From NCBI GenBank assembly GCA_951406725.2, contig OX597815.1, positions 126,046,001 to 126,110,000 of the forward strand: a stretch of 64,000 nucleotides of DNA. The letters are read 5' to 3'. The position numbers were made by a program, and so were the translations under genes. The notes below the pieces were generated by a model. That model made no database searches. It was not told the DNA's origin and saw nothing but the letters and a program-made list of their open reading frames with translations. Positions 41,481 through 55,239 of the stretch are shown here, in pieces; position 1 is the stretch's first letter, and the number at the start of each line of letters is the position of its first letter. Source of the stretch: Octopus vulgaris (taxonomy: Eukaryota).

Positions 41481-42821
41481 TACTGCATGATACCCTCTTT
41501 ATATAAAGCATCACCCTACTTTAACATTACACGCACGCACGCACGCACGCACACACACACAAACACACATACAGGCACACGCATACAGGCACACGCATAC
41601 AGGCACACGCATACACGCACAACTGGAACAACATGAAATAAAGTGTCTTGTTCAAGGATACAACGTGTTGCCAGTAATCGAAATCACGACCTTACAATCT
41701 TGAGCCGAATACTCTAACTAATAAGCCCCGCGCGCCTTCATTAAGCACCCATACGCACGCATATACACCCATACACACGCACACTCTCACGCACTCCTAT
41801 GCAAATGATAGTTTTACGCCCTAATTTCCGTTATCACTTAGCCACCAACTCGACGCAACCTGAATATCTCATACTGAGAGAGATAGATTAGCAGTTAGCA
41901 AAGCCAGAAGGGTTGCCATTTTCGGAGTTGGAATTTATCGTCAAGGGCATTGTTTACATCAATATAAAGAGAGAGCTCAAAGAGGAAATGCTACTAAATG
42001 TTTGCGAAGGCAATCTACAGCTGAAAATATACAGAAATATAATGGACTGTTTATAAATAAGGATGTTTATGTAATTTTAATTCCATTTTCTGTAATGCCT
42101 TTGAGTTATTGATTTCTTTAATTTAAAAATTACTTTAAGAAATTTAAATGCATAGATCAGAAGAAGTGGCAGAATAACTATTTCAAATGTCACTTAATGG
42201 TATCTAATTAAATCATTCACTTATATGAATTCAAATCCCGGCTTGCATTGATTGTACATTTCATCTTTTCGGGTTCTATAAAATACAACACATTACTAAT
42301 TGGGGATTTATTGAACTAACTTTAGCTCATCCACAGAAATAATTCACTGTAAACATCCTCTCACCGTTGACTGCTTTCTGACACTAAATCTCTCTGAAAC
42401 GGTCTTTGAAGTTCAGACCTCAAGGGAATTGATCAAACAATCGTCTTTTAATTCAAAGACAATTTTGATCGTGTTAATCAAACGCGTTCCTGTCTAGACC
42501 ATCACGTCTCTTTTCTCAGGCGTAGTGTATCAAAGACTAAATTAGCTACTTTTTTAAACAGTAGAGTGTAAGTTGTAAATAACTGGAGTACGACCACTTG
42601 CAACAGCAATTTCCAGTCTGGGTTTCATAGTGAAACTATTAGTGTAAGGCAGGGTTTGTGAAGCAAACAAAACTTTCAAAAGCCTCGGGTATGGGTGAAA
42701 ATTTATTTCATTGAAAGGGTCCTTAGAAATAAAAAAGGTTTGGGACCACTTACGTGGAATCTCTCTCATTGAAGTCTTTTCAGTGACTGATGATTTCCTG
42801 TTAAGATTAGATTGTACAATA

Positions 42822-42856
<35 letters not shown>

Positions 42857-42859
42857 AAA

Positions 42860-43395
42860 TGTCTTGATGCAGTACCAGGCAGTGGCTCTCATGGCTTCTG
42901 ATCATAACTGATTGGATGTGTTATGTACCTTGTTTTGTCTTGGTATAAAAGATCGGCTACAGCAAATGTTCTGCTCAATATCACAGATTTACTTGTCAGT
43001 TGTTTGACCTTAACCTGGCTGACGATATGTGTATCTCTGATCACGAGCAGGAGTCGTGGGGGAGCATCATAGCTATGTGTTGAGAGGGATTCTTTGGGGT
43101 TTGAATAATTCACCTCTGGAAACATGGGTGTTTCGTTTAACATCCTTAAACAACCCTTATTCAGAGACCTTTTGAGCGGGATGGATTACTCAACCAGAAG
43201 AAAATTCTAACTGGGCCCCACCTGCAAGGTCATATGCTGTTTATGTTGATATGAGATCACCATGTCGCGCACATATGGTTGTGATGCATGTGCCTAGTGT
43301 ACCCTTATCAGACGGGTAGTCATGATGGGTATAATGGGCTTCGTATATTTTACCCCAGTGTCACTTTGATGGCATGCATTGTTCTCTCACTGAAT
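42860..43395 (+). mobile_element. 3' end of a (TAA)n-tailed retroposon (family D)
   Basis: Ends ...gatggcatgcattgttctctcactgaataataa; pieces of the same end occur at 25741-25905. Confidence 0.6.
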
Positions 43396-43419
43396 AATAA
43401 TGATAATAATAATAATAAT

Positions 43420-44565
43420 TACACCAACATTTCGCAGCATCCCTAACTGATGTCACTCAGACCCAAGGCAAATAGCTTCCTAGTTGACCGAAGGAACAAA
43501 ATACCTTCTACCAAAAATTGAAAACTGAAAATCCAAAGAACTACCGACCAATTACTTGTCTCAACACCACCGACAAGATCCTGACGTCCATACTAACTGA
43601 AAGTATATACCCTTTCCTGGAACAGAAATCTATTCTTCCACAAGGTTGCAAAAGGAATTCTTATGGATACTAAGATCAATTACTCAAAAATAAAATGATT
43701 GTAGAAAATTGGCGAAGCAACAAGAACCCGAGTATGGCATGGATAGAAAACAGGAAAGCGTTTGATAGTGTGCCACATAATTGGCAACTCAAGGCCCTTG
43801 AGATATACAAGATCTCTCCTGTAGTCTCCAAATTCTTACAAAGTATCATGGCCAAATGGAATAAACGTCTCCTTCAAAACCATAGTAATAGGATGAGCCA
43901 ATCTAACAACATCAACATCAAAAGAGGCATCTTTCAAGGTGACCCCCCTCTCTCCATTACTCTTTTGTATGGCACTGATCCCATTCTCGAACGAACTGAG
44001 TAACACCAGCTATGGGTTCAAAATGCATGATGTTATAGTAAATCATCCGTTTTATGTGGACGATCGGAAGCTGTTTGCTAGGAATGACGAAGCGTTCAGC
44101 AATGATACAGGGATGGATTTTGGCCTTGATAAGTGTGCTAAAGCAACATTTGTGAGAGAAAAGCTAAGGCAAACAGCTTCCATTAAATTAGACACCGACA
44201 CTAACATCAAGGAGCTTAACTCACAAGGACGCTATGAATACTTGGAGATAAACGAAGGAGACGGTATACAACATACTACTATGAAGGAAAAAATACGAAA
44301 GGAGCGTTACAGAAGAATACGACACATACTAAAAACTGACCTCAACTCCAAAAATCGCATCGAAGCCATTAACACTCTAGCACTTCTAGAAGTCCAATAC
44401 AGTTTTAATATCATTAACTGGAATCTTTCAGAACTCCAACGCCTGGACAAAAAGACAAGAAAACTACTAAAATCTAAGAACATGCACCACCGAAAAGCAG
44501 ACGTTGATCGTCTGTACCTACCTAGAAGTAATGGGGGAAAAGGAATGATGCAGTTAGAACAGACC
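43420..44565 (+). mobile_element. R4/Dong-clade RT fragment after (TAA)n
   Basis: NYRPITCLNT, KAFDSVPHNW, RGIFQGD, HPFYVDDRKL, FGLDKCA, MHHRKADVDRLYLPRSNGGKG. Confidence 0.85.
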
Positions 44566-45170
44566 TGTTTCAACCACATCAACATTGACCTAGTTGGCAC
44601 CCTACCCCTTTCATAGGTTTGCTCGTACCTACTGACCTTGGTAGACCGTTACACTCGTTGTCCTGAGACTATTCCTCTCTGCAGCACAGAAACAAGAAGT
44701 CAGCCAAGCCTTCATCACAAACTAGGTTGCCCATTTCGGTATCCCAAACAACACCTCACCCCATCGGGCACCACAATTCACCTCAAAGCTGTGGAATGAC
44801 ATATGTGACATTTTTGGAATCACAATGAAGCGCACAGTAGCCTAACATCCACAGGACAACGTGTTTATGGATAAATTTCACCGCTGCCTGAAGGAATCTT
44901 TGACAACCAGACTTAACAGGCCCAATTAGATTGATCAACTTCCATGGAACATGTTGGGAATCTGTACCGTCCCAAAGGAAATTCTAAACGCTTCTTCCAC
45001 GGAAATGGTGTATGGTGCACCTCTTGAAGTACTAGGAGAGTTCCTTCTGAACAGAAAGTCAGACCCAGCTGTCAAAAGATATCTCACGCAATTGAGAGAC
45101 AGTGTGGGCCAGTTGCGCCCTATTCCCATGTCAACATGGCAGTTAAAACGCCTTCCCGGTTCCAATGACA
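44566..45170 (+). mobile_element. Gypsy/Ty3 LTR-retrotransposon integrase core fragment
   Basis: FNHINIDLVGTLPLS..YLLTLVDRYTRCPETIPL; HFGIP; QFTSKLW; HPQDN..DKFHRCLK; LPWNMLGICTVPKE..SSTEMVYG. Confidence 0.8.
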
Positions 45171-45199
45171 GTCAACAGTTCCGGTGTAGGACACTCCCC

Positions 45200-45471
45200 A
45201 AGGATTTACGAACAGTAGACAAGAAGTTCGTTGCAGGCTAGCTACGGAGCTGGTCTGCAGCAAAGAAGATTTCCGGTTAAGCGGACTTTTGCGATGCAAA
45301 AGTTGACAGTCAGCTGTCGTCTTCATTTGATTAATGAAATGCATGAGGGCGACAGCCGCTAGTCAACCCCTGCTTCGTAGAGGTCCGCTTAATCGGAAGT
45401 CGACTTCGCTACAAACTAGCTTCCTAGCTAGCCCGCAGTGAAGTTCCTGTCCACAGTTCGTCTGTGCCCTA
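45200..45471. mobile_element. MITE with ~80-bp imperfect inverted ends
   Basis: 45208-45287 (acgaacagtagacaag...taagcggac) is the reverse complement of 45383-45461 with scattered mismatches. Confidence 0.6.
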
Positions 45472-46834
45472 TACTTAGTCTTCAACTTATGAAAATATAT
45501 TCAATATTTTATTTGCACACAAGGGCGATCAAAATGTCTTACAGTAATTAGTTACGTCCCCTTAAATTCTCAGTTCAAATCTCGCTGGAGTCGACTCTTC
45601 AGCAATCGATAAAATTAAATACCAGCCAAATACTAGCTTAGTTTAATCAAATGTTGTCTTCTTTCAAACGTGCGGCTGTGTACCTCCGTTAGAATATCAA
45701 TGTCTTAATCTCACACAGAAATATAACATCGAGTTATTTCCCTTAACAGAACATCAGCTAGCGATTAATTATCTTGAAATTCCAAATATTTATTTTGTTT
45801 AATCGATCAGAAATGTCATACCAATGCTATGTTAAAACTGTATGTACCTTTATGTGTATGTTTGTACAGATGTTAGTGAATAAGTGTATGTGTGTGTGTG
45901 TGTGTGGTTTATTTGTTAGTCTAAAGAGTATAAACGATTATATCATTTGCTTCCTCCTTAGACTGCAGTAAGTAGTTATTTAAGTTGAGTGCTTGCTGCG
46001 CTTGTATTAAATATAATACTTAGTACGTTTCCCTTTTTACTAAGGAGGTGCATTGTTCAATACTCCTTGCAGCAGCAGTATTTATCCCATTATGAAACGT
46101 AGATGAAGTTTGTGTGTGGAAGGATGATTATGGGTGAGGCGGTGTTGGGGGTAAAGTAGTACAATCGAAAGAAGAAGGGTTGTAATGCTATGAAATTGTT
46201 TCTTTGAGATGTCTAGTGCCTTTTGTCTTTTTTGTGTAACAGAATTCAGTCGCAGTCATCAAATAACCATTGCAGACTGATTTGAGAATGTGCAGATTTG
46301 TGTATGAATGCATATAAATGTGTGCGCGCGTGTGTATGAGTATGTGTGCTTGTCTGTATACAAGTATGTATGTGTGTGTGTATACATATATGTGTATGGC
46401 TGTGTGTGCATACACACACATATATATGTGTGTTTGTGTATATGTGTGCGCGTGTATGTAGGCGTAGTATAGCCGAATGTTTAAGAATTTCGCTTCATAA
46501 TCATGAATCTCCGAGTTCAATGCCATTGCGTGGCATTTTGCATAATTGTCACTTTCTACAACTCCAGGTTAATCTATACATTGTGACTGAAATTAAGCAG
46601 ATGGAAACTGCTAAGAAGCCCTTTGGGTGGATTGCAGCTGCAAGTGGAAAGGTACAAACACATCACACACTGTACCATGCTGTTTATGCTTGAAAATTAC
46701 ATCAAGGGTACATGTGTCCGAGGAGTACTTAATAAAATACGTACACATAAACATTCACACATACATACGCACATATGCACACACATACACACACATATAC
46801 ACATGCATACATATGCATATACAATATAAATATA

Positions 46835-46871
<37 letters not shown>

Positions 46872-47535
46872 TGTCTAACATATGATGTTTAAAATGGCTA
46901 CTATCATAAAGAGAAAGAAAGAAGGAAAGAAAGAAAGAAAGAAAGAAGGAAAGAAAGAAAGAAAGAAAGAGAAGAAAGAAAGAAAGAAAGAAAGAAAGAG
47001 TAGTTAGCGGGAAAGAGAAGAAAGATACAATGTTTTATGCCAAACAGTAAAATATTTAATTACTCACTAGTAAAGTTCATGTTTCTTTAAGAATCGGCAT
47101 AAAGCAAAACACACAATGGAGATTCATTGGAAATTCATTCATTCAGCTGATCTGTAAAACTGAGAAACAATACCAAATCTTCAGTATTTGGAGATGTATT
47201 TGACCGTAACATTACATTCAGCTCTATTAAGAGTTTTTATTTGTGTTACGTTAACTGAATACCCACTTGTTTGTAATGAAATTACTCACTGTGCAACGAC
47301 GGTACTTCAAATTCATTCTATACTTAAATCAATAATTATTTACCTTCAACTTTATTCTTATATTAGTAGGCTATTTTCAACAATAAATTCATTTCTTAAC
47401 CCATTCTGGTTGGTACAGGCAGACAGACATACATGCATACATACATACATACATACATACATACATACATACATACATACATACATACATACATACATAC
47501 ACACAAACAAACAAACAAACAAACAAACAAACAAA

Positions 47536-47648
47536 CAAAAATACCCTGCTGTTAATGTTGAAATTTCAATGAAGGAATCTTGGATCTAAGTTAGAAACTG
47601 GCTCTTTCTCTATTGGCAAGAAATCTTGAAATAAAGCTGAACAAGGAC
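47536..47648 (+). mobile_element. 3' terminus of the (CATA)n-associated R4 element
   Basis: aaaaataccctgctgttaatgttgaaatt...ggcaagaaatcttgaaataaagctgaa matches 37141-37244; flanked by long (CATA)n/(CAAA)n. Confidence 0.8.
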
Positions 47649-49194
47649 ATACATACATACATACATACATACATACGTACATACATACATACATGCATAC
47701 ATACATACATACATACATACATACATACATACATACATACATACATACATGCATGCATACATACATACATACATACATACATACATACATGCATGCATGC
47801 ATGCATACATACATACATACATACATACATGCATACATACATACATACATACATACATACATACATACATACATACATACATACATACATACATACATAC
47901 ATACATACATACATGCATTCCAGTTGCGAAGAGTTGATGTGGTTTATTTCTTAACAAAATTGTTGTAGTTTTTATTGGTTTAATTCTTTATTTGGAGAAC
48001 AGAATGGTCATAGTCGTTTATTTTATTTTATTGTTTCTTTGATTCATTGTCCTCACTCCAAGCTGCACTACTATTATAGGGTAAGCGGACTAAAGTGGCT
48101 AATGTAAAAGTTTCTCAGATCTGAGATTAAGAAAGAAGATTGATAAGCAGAGTGGATGAACTCGGTTCGGGTGATACTCAGGTAGTGTAACAGTGTATAA
48201 ACCCTTATTGAAACGATAATAGTGGAATACTGGAATAAATGCACGAGTGGTTACGGCCACGGGTGAATTGCCGATTATTTGGATGTCCTATCTCTGAAAG
48301 TTGAAAGTGCTTCAGAGGATGTGCGTGTGGTGTTACAAAGAAGCAGTTGTTAAGTGTCCCACCTGCGACTAATCGATGCTAGATGTGTCGAAACAATTGT
48401 CATGATTAATAAAAATTCTCGTAGATTCCATCTTCCGTCTTTCATTTACCATATACTGAGATTTTTCTTGAGAACACACTTTTCGTGGTAAGGCGATTTG
48501 ACGTCTATCTTTAGCATATTATGAATCCGCTTTAGTGTTCATTCCTCTTAATACTTGAAATAAAATTTGTTAATTTTCGGATTTTTTAAAATATGCTAGA
48601 CTACTAGTTTAAATTGATTGATATCAATTTCTACCCTCATTCATTACTTGTATTAACTTTGCGCCCCTACCCTTCTCTTACCCACGTCTTTCGCTAAGAT
48701 CCTTTCCTTTTCTTTTTCTTTTCCCCTCTACGCATTTTACTTTTAGTCTATATGTATACACCAAGTGATTTTTGCATGCGTATGTATACATGTGTATATG
48801 TGTATTTGTATGTATATTTACGTCTTACATATATACGTCTGCATATGTATGTGGATTGTGTATATCCAGCTGTGTATTTTGATGTATATATGTATATTGA
48901 TGGTTTAGTATGCGTATATACTGCTGTAAAATATTAAAATTTTTAATGTATTACTTGTATTAATCGAATTATATTTCATATATAATTATTGACAATATGT
49001 ATTTTGAATCCGCTCTTCGATTTAAGGTTTTTCCTCGATTTTTTTTTTGCAATAGAATGAATTTATATTGAATTCACTTATTTTGTTTATTATCGCATGC
49101 TTATGCGATAAACAATGAAACAAATCCATTTTTAAAGGTGTATCCTTTAACTAGTTTTGATCATATCTTTATTTCTGTTCTATTTTAACAAAAC

Positions 49195-49230
49195 TGTCCG
49201 ACGAGTAGGAATGCGAAACTCTGAGTAACA
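49195..49230 (+). ncRNA. Minimal hammerhead motif (U4C-degenerate) near a (TA)n tract
   Basis: TGT-CCGACGA-GTA-ggaa-TGC-GAAA-CTC-T-GAG-TA-ACA. Confidence 0.55.
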
Positions 49231-49264
49231 ACTTTTGTTATATTTCTGCTGCTTTTAAAGAAAG

Positions 49265-49296
<32 letters not shown>

Positions 49297-49454
49297 CGAC
49301 AGTCTTTCAGTTTCTGACTACCAGATTCACTCACGAGGCTTTGGTCGCCCCGAGGCTATAGTAGAAAGCACTTGCCTAAGGTGACACGCAATGGGACTGA
49401 ACCCAGAATCATGTGGTTGGTAAGCAAGCTACGTACCACACAGCCACTCCTGTG

Positions 49455-49530
<76 letters not shown>

Positions 49531-49534
<4 letters not shown>

Positions 49535-50023
49535 ATAATGGAGTAATTACTATAAAAAATTGTCCTTAAAATCCTTAAAAATGTTTTAGCCCGAAGGCTG
49601 CGGCCATGCTGGAGCACCACCACTGTATAGAATATATTGTATAAAAGATCGTGGGTGAGGCCAAAACAATGCGAAATAAATGCAAGGTAAATCACAAGAA
49701 AACAAATATGTGAATTAATGTAGATTTAACTTGTATTCAATAATTCGATGTTATGACCCCATTTTCAACCCAAGATCAACAATAGAAGGGAATTAAAGGA
49801 AGCTAGCTGGTTGCTATAGCAACACCCTTCTGTGCATGCCCACTCCACAAACGCTCACTCACATGCACATCGGTAACATTCGAAAATTTCTTGAAAATGG
49901 GGTCATAACCCCGGAATATTGAAAAAAGTAAGTATACATTCATTCACATATTTGTTTTCTTGTGATTTACCTTGCATTTACTTCGCATTGTTTTGGCCTT
50001 ACCCACGATCTTTTATACAATAT
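49531..50023. mobile_element. Fold-back Penelope-like terminus with degenerate hammerhead
   Basis: Arms 49634-49768 and 49891-50023; right arm begins TTGAAAAT-GGGGT-cata-ACCCC-GGAA; left side extends ~100 nt to (TA)n. Confidence 0.6.
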
Positions 50024-50289
50024 GTGTGTGTGTGTGTATGTGTTTGTGTATTTGTGTGTGAATTATAGCGCATGCTCGGCTGTATGGTAGGGGCAGTCGT
50101 GAATAAGAGGTTAAAAAGTTCCTTTCGAGTTTAGTTTCACAGCGTAGCACCTTGGACGAATGTATTTTTACTTTAACGGCGGTCCTATCAGTGATGGAAC
50201 TTTGTAAAAAGAACTGTGCAGAAGCTTATCATATATTTATGTAGTGTGTGTGTGTGTGTGTGTGTGTATGAATTTTGAGAGACTTCTTA

Positions 50290-50760
50290 GCAACAGTGAT
50301 TCATCAACTTTATCAATACTGCAACCAACTGTCACCACTATACTTCAGCAATTCTGCTAAGATCTTGTCCAGTTCTGCAGTCTCGTTGTGCTTCATAGCG
50401 TTGACATTGTTTCTCGTTTCCTGAATTTGTCCATCACGGTTTTAAGAGATGTAGCTGCTGGTTCTAAAGTGAAATCAAACAATATCTGGGACTGGTTGGT
50501 CGAGTATTTCCTGAAAGTATTCCATCCATTTCCGAATTTGCTCTTCGACTGCCATAAAGATCTTACTATTCTTGTATCGTATTGGAATGTTTGTATTGCT
50601 ATTTGCTCCCATCATTATCTCCCCTACAGTGCGGTACAGAGCCATATGGCACCCGACTGCACTTTCTCAGCAAATTTTGTACTACAACTCAAGGGAATCT
50701 GGAGTGACGGAGTTCCTCAACATGGTTTATTTTACTACTTTACACATCAAAATACCTTCT
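50290..50760 (-). mobile_element. RTE-clade LINE fragment
   Basis: Minus strand EQIRKWMEYFQEILDQPVPD and ETRNNVNAMKHNETAELDKILAELLK. Confidence 0.6.
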
Positions 50761-53059
50761 AAATTCTTTGCTGAAGTTTACCCATCACCTAATAATGTGT
50801 TTAAATATCTTATTGTGAAGTCACACGATATAGTAATTAGGGTGTTTGGCTCACGATCCTGGGGTTATGTTTTGGATTCCAGGACCGAGTGGCACAATAT
50901 TTCACGTTACTCGAGTTTACTCTACTAAAAAGAAGGACTGACCGAATGCTGGTGCAGTCCTCTTTTCTTCTAACTGTCACATTTCTGGATATGTTCCACT
51001 GGGTCAATGGTGGGCGAACCTAAATGATGTCTATGCCAGCTCGCGACTACCAGGACGAATTAGATCAAGGATGATACATGCTAAGAAATTATACTCATGT
51101 GTGGAAGCTGCAGTTTTATCTTCTGATCATGTCACAATTTGGATTCCTTTACATGATCAGAAACTGCGTTAGATGATTCAGTAATTGTCAGTACGGTCAA
51201 CCCCAACACGTATACCTTATCGACACCCAGAAAAATAAAAGTTATGTTAGATTCGGCTGGTTTTGATCGCAGAATTTAGTTGAAAAAATATAGTGAAATG
51301 TTTAGTCCAGTAAGCTAGCGTCTCTGCCAACTATTTTGCTTCGGACACATATTAGCTATACTCTCTTTTTCCTTATGAGTATGTTTTGTTGTTCGTTTGA
51401 TGGACGTACGTACGCACGTATGTATGTATGTATGTATGTATGTATGTATGTATGTATGTATGTATGTATGTATGTATGTATGTATGTATGTATGTATGTA
51501 TGTATGCATGTGTGCATGTATGTATGTATGTATGTATGTATGTATGCATGTATGTATGTATGTATATATGTATGTATATATGTATGCATGCATGTATGCA
51601 TGCATGTATGTATGTACGTATGTACGTATGTACGTATGTATGTATGCGCGAGTGTATATATATATATGTATATATCCATATTGTATGAATTATATACACA
51701 CAAACATGTGTTTGTATAGGTATGTTTATATGATATTTGTATATATATGTATATATATGTGTGTGTGTGTGAATGCATGCATGCGTGTGTATTGCAAGTA
51801 TGTATGTACATGTGTATACTTACATTTATGTTTTTATGCATGTAGGTATGTAATTATCCATAAACCAGTCGGCTGAATATAGACTAATATATTGATCCTG
51901 TATATACCTAACAGTAGTAATCCACCAATCAACTTATCGCCCAGCATGCAGGCAGTCAGTCAGTCAGGCAGTGAAAGAGCCATACAACCTCTACTCTTCC
52001 TTCCTCTTTTTTTTTTTTTTATATAATCTTCACTTCCCTTCGTATTTACATGCATAACATAAATACCAACATACATTCATACATACAAACGTATCATAAA
52101 GTTAATGAATATTATCTGGACTGTAAAGGAATCAAAAGTAAGGAAAATAAAATATATATATAAGAAAACGTAAACGGAAAGCAAAATTATTTAAGTAGAA
52201 ATGTTAGTTGGAGTGATAAATAGCGATTATTGAAGATAGATATACAGTTTGAATGAAGTAACTTCAATTTCCGGCAAGTCTCGTTTTGCTGCTGACCAAC
52301 AAATACATCGTATGTTCTTAATATCCGTTTGTGTTTTTCATCACATTATACTATACCCAACGAAATACACTCATAAGCTTAACTACTAACTATTATAAAT
52401 ATTTGGGTATTCTTTGATTGCTAAACATCTATAAAGGGATGAAATGAAGTCAGTCAAAAAAAAAAAAAATTAATAATAGTATTTTCGTATCATCTGCCAA
52501 GAGAAAAACAGCAAGAATGAACAAAAAGAAGAAAAAAAATCTATTATCTTGAATCGAGCTGCGTTCCAAAAATTCACCATCTTTTTTTTTTAACAGTTCA
52601 TATCAATCAAAACCAGTCTGCCTTTAATATCCGCAATTTCCACTACATTATAGCTGTTGGAATATACTTGATTATAACTCAGAAATATTATAAATACTTG
52701 GGTATTTTTTGTTTAATAAATATTTAAGAAGAAAATAGATAAAATATAATAGATATGTCTTATGTATGAAAGCTATTAAGCTTCAATCAGACGACTTCCA
52801 AAGAGAAGAAAAGAATGAAAAAGAAAAAAAAGAAGTAAATAAATATTAATCAAATTTTCAACAATTATTATTTTGTAAGGAAATATATCGTGAAAACATA
52901 TAAGGAACGTGAATGAAAACAAGGCATACGTCTAATTAAACTCAGACCTTCCGTTATAGTGCTGCAACTTCTATGAAGTTGATGAAGAATAAAAGTTTCA
53001 GTCAAAACATTTTAGAATGATGTACTTATAATTATCGCCAATATCTAAATAAACTAAGG

Positions 53060-53280
53060 CTAGAAACTAGCAAAATCGTTGCCGCGCCAAGTAAAATGCT
53101 GAGTGGTATTTTGTCCGTCTTTACGTTCGAGTTCAAATTCCGTTGAGCTCGATTTTGCCTTTCATCCTCTAGGGGTCGATAAAACAAGTTCCAATTGATC
53201 AAGGGGGTCGAATACATCGGCTCCACCACCAGAAAAACAAAGTCGCTGACCTTGAGCAAAAATTTGAAACTGATATCTAA
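53060..53280 (+). mobile_element. SINE family A (diverged)
   Basis: gagttcaaattccgttgagctcgattttgcctttcatcctctaggggtcgataaa. Confidence 0.65.
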
Positions 53281-53415
53281 ATAAACTGAGACATTTGATA
53301 TTAAGTTTGTTATCCTGAAATACGATACTGTTGTAAAACATTTACACATACTCACACTCACAACATCTATCCAGCAATCCACACGCGCGCGCGCACACGC
53401 ACACAAACACCCATA

Positions 53416-54577
53416 CCTTATACATAAATGGCAATTTCTGTCTGCCTATCTGTCTGTTACCATCTTACTGCCTAAACCAGTGAAGCAATCTTGTCTAAAC
53501 TTTGTATACATGTTGAGCTAACATCCTGTTCAATTATAAGTTAATTGGATTTGAATAAAAATCTATAATGGACCCCCGAGGTTGGTTGGGCTATTACTCG
53601 ATAAAATGAGAAGAGTGCTAGAGTGAGGGAAATGTGGTGGCATAGTGAGTGTGGCTAGTGTCAGAGAAGGGGAGGACAGCGTTGTGTAAGCAAGAAATAT
53701 GGGGTGTCAGTGGAATGGTAACGTTAATAGAGCTTTCATAAGTAACATTTAAAACGCCGAGGAAGAAAAGATGGGTGGGTGTGAGGAATACGTTGTTTTA
53801 AATAGTGGAGGATAGGTGGCTTTTCTGCTGTCCATCTCAAAGTAGCACTCACATATACGCACATACACACATACATACATATATATACATACAAACGTAC
53901 ATAAATGCTTACATACATATGTCTACTATGCACCTTTTAAAGTCGTGATTACCAGTGTGTAAATGTGTGTGGGTGTGTTTCAGTGTGTGTGTGTGACGTC
54001 CTATGACTGTCTGTCTCTATACTTTTGTAAGGTCTTCCCTATTGCTGTCACATATTGTGAGATTTTAAAATTGCATCAAAATTTTCAAATTTGCTATATT
54101 GAAATAATTTTCCACGTTAAATCCGATTTTGCTATTTATTTGATCCAGAAAAATTGCGGAAAAAATGTTACTCAGGTTTCAAGTTTAATTAATTTTACCT
54201 ATCAGAAAACAAGATTTGGAAGCTAGTATTTTCTACATGATATCTATCTATCACAAAATGAAAGCAAAATCATTACGAGAAGGAATTTTTATTAAACAAA
54301 CGAAAACAAAGCATTACGACGACCAAAGTTGTAAGAACTTCTAAAGTTTTAATAAGTTTTAATGAATAAAGTCATGTGAAACGGTCGAACAGACAAGTAA
54401 ATAATTTTAAAAGGAAAAAAGAATCCTCAACGATATTTTTTGCAAACAATTGCACAAATCTGTCCTGATCAAGAGGCCTATCTGTCGGGGAAGGCATGGT
54501 CTGACATGGAATGAACAAAGATTTATATAAGACATTCTATTGTAAGAATTTCCCAGCAACGACGAGCTGTTTAGCTA

Positions 54578-54578
<1 letters not shown>
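53416..54578 (+). mobile_element. Probable non-autonomous Helitron
   Basis: 5' cttatacataaatggcaatttctgtctgcctatctgtctg (typical non-autonomous Helitron start); 3' cagcaacgacgagctgtttagCTAG|t with a small hairpin before CTAG. Confidence 0.5.
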
Positions 54579-54630
<52 letters not shown>

Positions 54631-54956
54631 TCGCCATACTAATATGGCATTCTTATAAAAATAAGAATAAAGCTGTCCGCTTATTAGCTCCATGAGGCCA
54701 TCGCCTTAAGTTAGCTATTTGATACACAAACTGTATCCATATAACCTTCGAACAAGGGAGGTCAGTCGCTCCACACTACTTGATCGACAGCTACAGACGC
54801 GTTTCGGGGTATTGCCCCTTGTCAATGTAGCGAAGTCAGACCAGTACAAAGTTGTAAGAACTTCTAAAGTTTTAATAAGTTTTAATGAATAAAGTCATGT
54901 GAAACGGTCGAACAGACAAGTAAATAATTTTAAAAGGAAAAAAGAATCCTCAACGA
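54324..54956 (+). repeat. Exact 110-bp direct repeat: 54324-54433 and 54847-54956
   Basis: caaagttgtaagaacttc...gaatcctcaacga is identical in both places. Confidence 0.95.
54790..54831 (-). ncRNA. Minimal type I hammerhead ribozyme, U3-A8 variant (minus-strand copy)
   Basis: Exact reverse complement of 54979-55020. Confidence 0.85.
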
Positions 54957-54978
54957 AACTTTGTACTGGTCTGACTAC

Positions 54979-55020
54979 GCTACATTGACAAGGGGCAATA
55001 CCCCGAAACGCGTCTGTAGC
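54979..55020 (+). ncRNA. Minimal type I hammerhead ribozyme, U3-A8 variant
   Basis: GCTACA-TTGACAA-GGGG-caata-CCCC-GAAA-CGCG-TC-TGTAGC. 6-bp stem I, 4-bp stem II, palindromic ACGCGT stem III, GUC site ending at 55014. Confidence 0.85.
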
Positions 55021-55239
55021 TGTCGATCAAGTAGTGTGGAGCGACTGACCTCCCTTGTTCGAAGGTTATATGGATACAGTTTGTGTATCAAATAGCTAAC
55101 TTAAGGCGATGGCCTCATGGAGCTAATAAGCGGACAGCTTTATTCTTATTTTTATAAGAATGCCATATTAGTATGGCGATAACTATTAATTTCCAGGAAC
55201 GCTGCCGTGTTCTCTTTTAGAGAGACTTAGTAATTTTAA

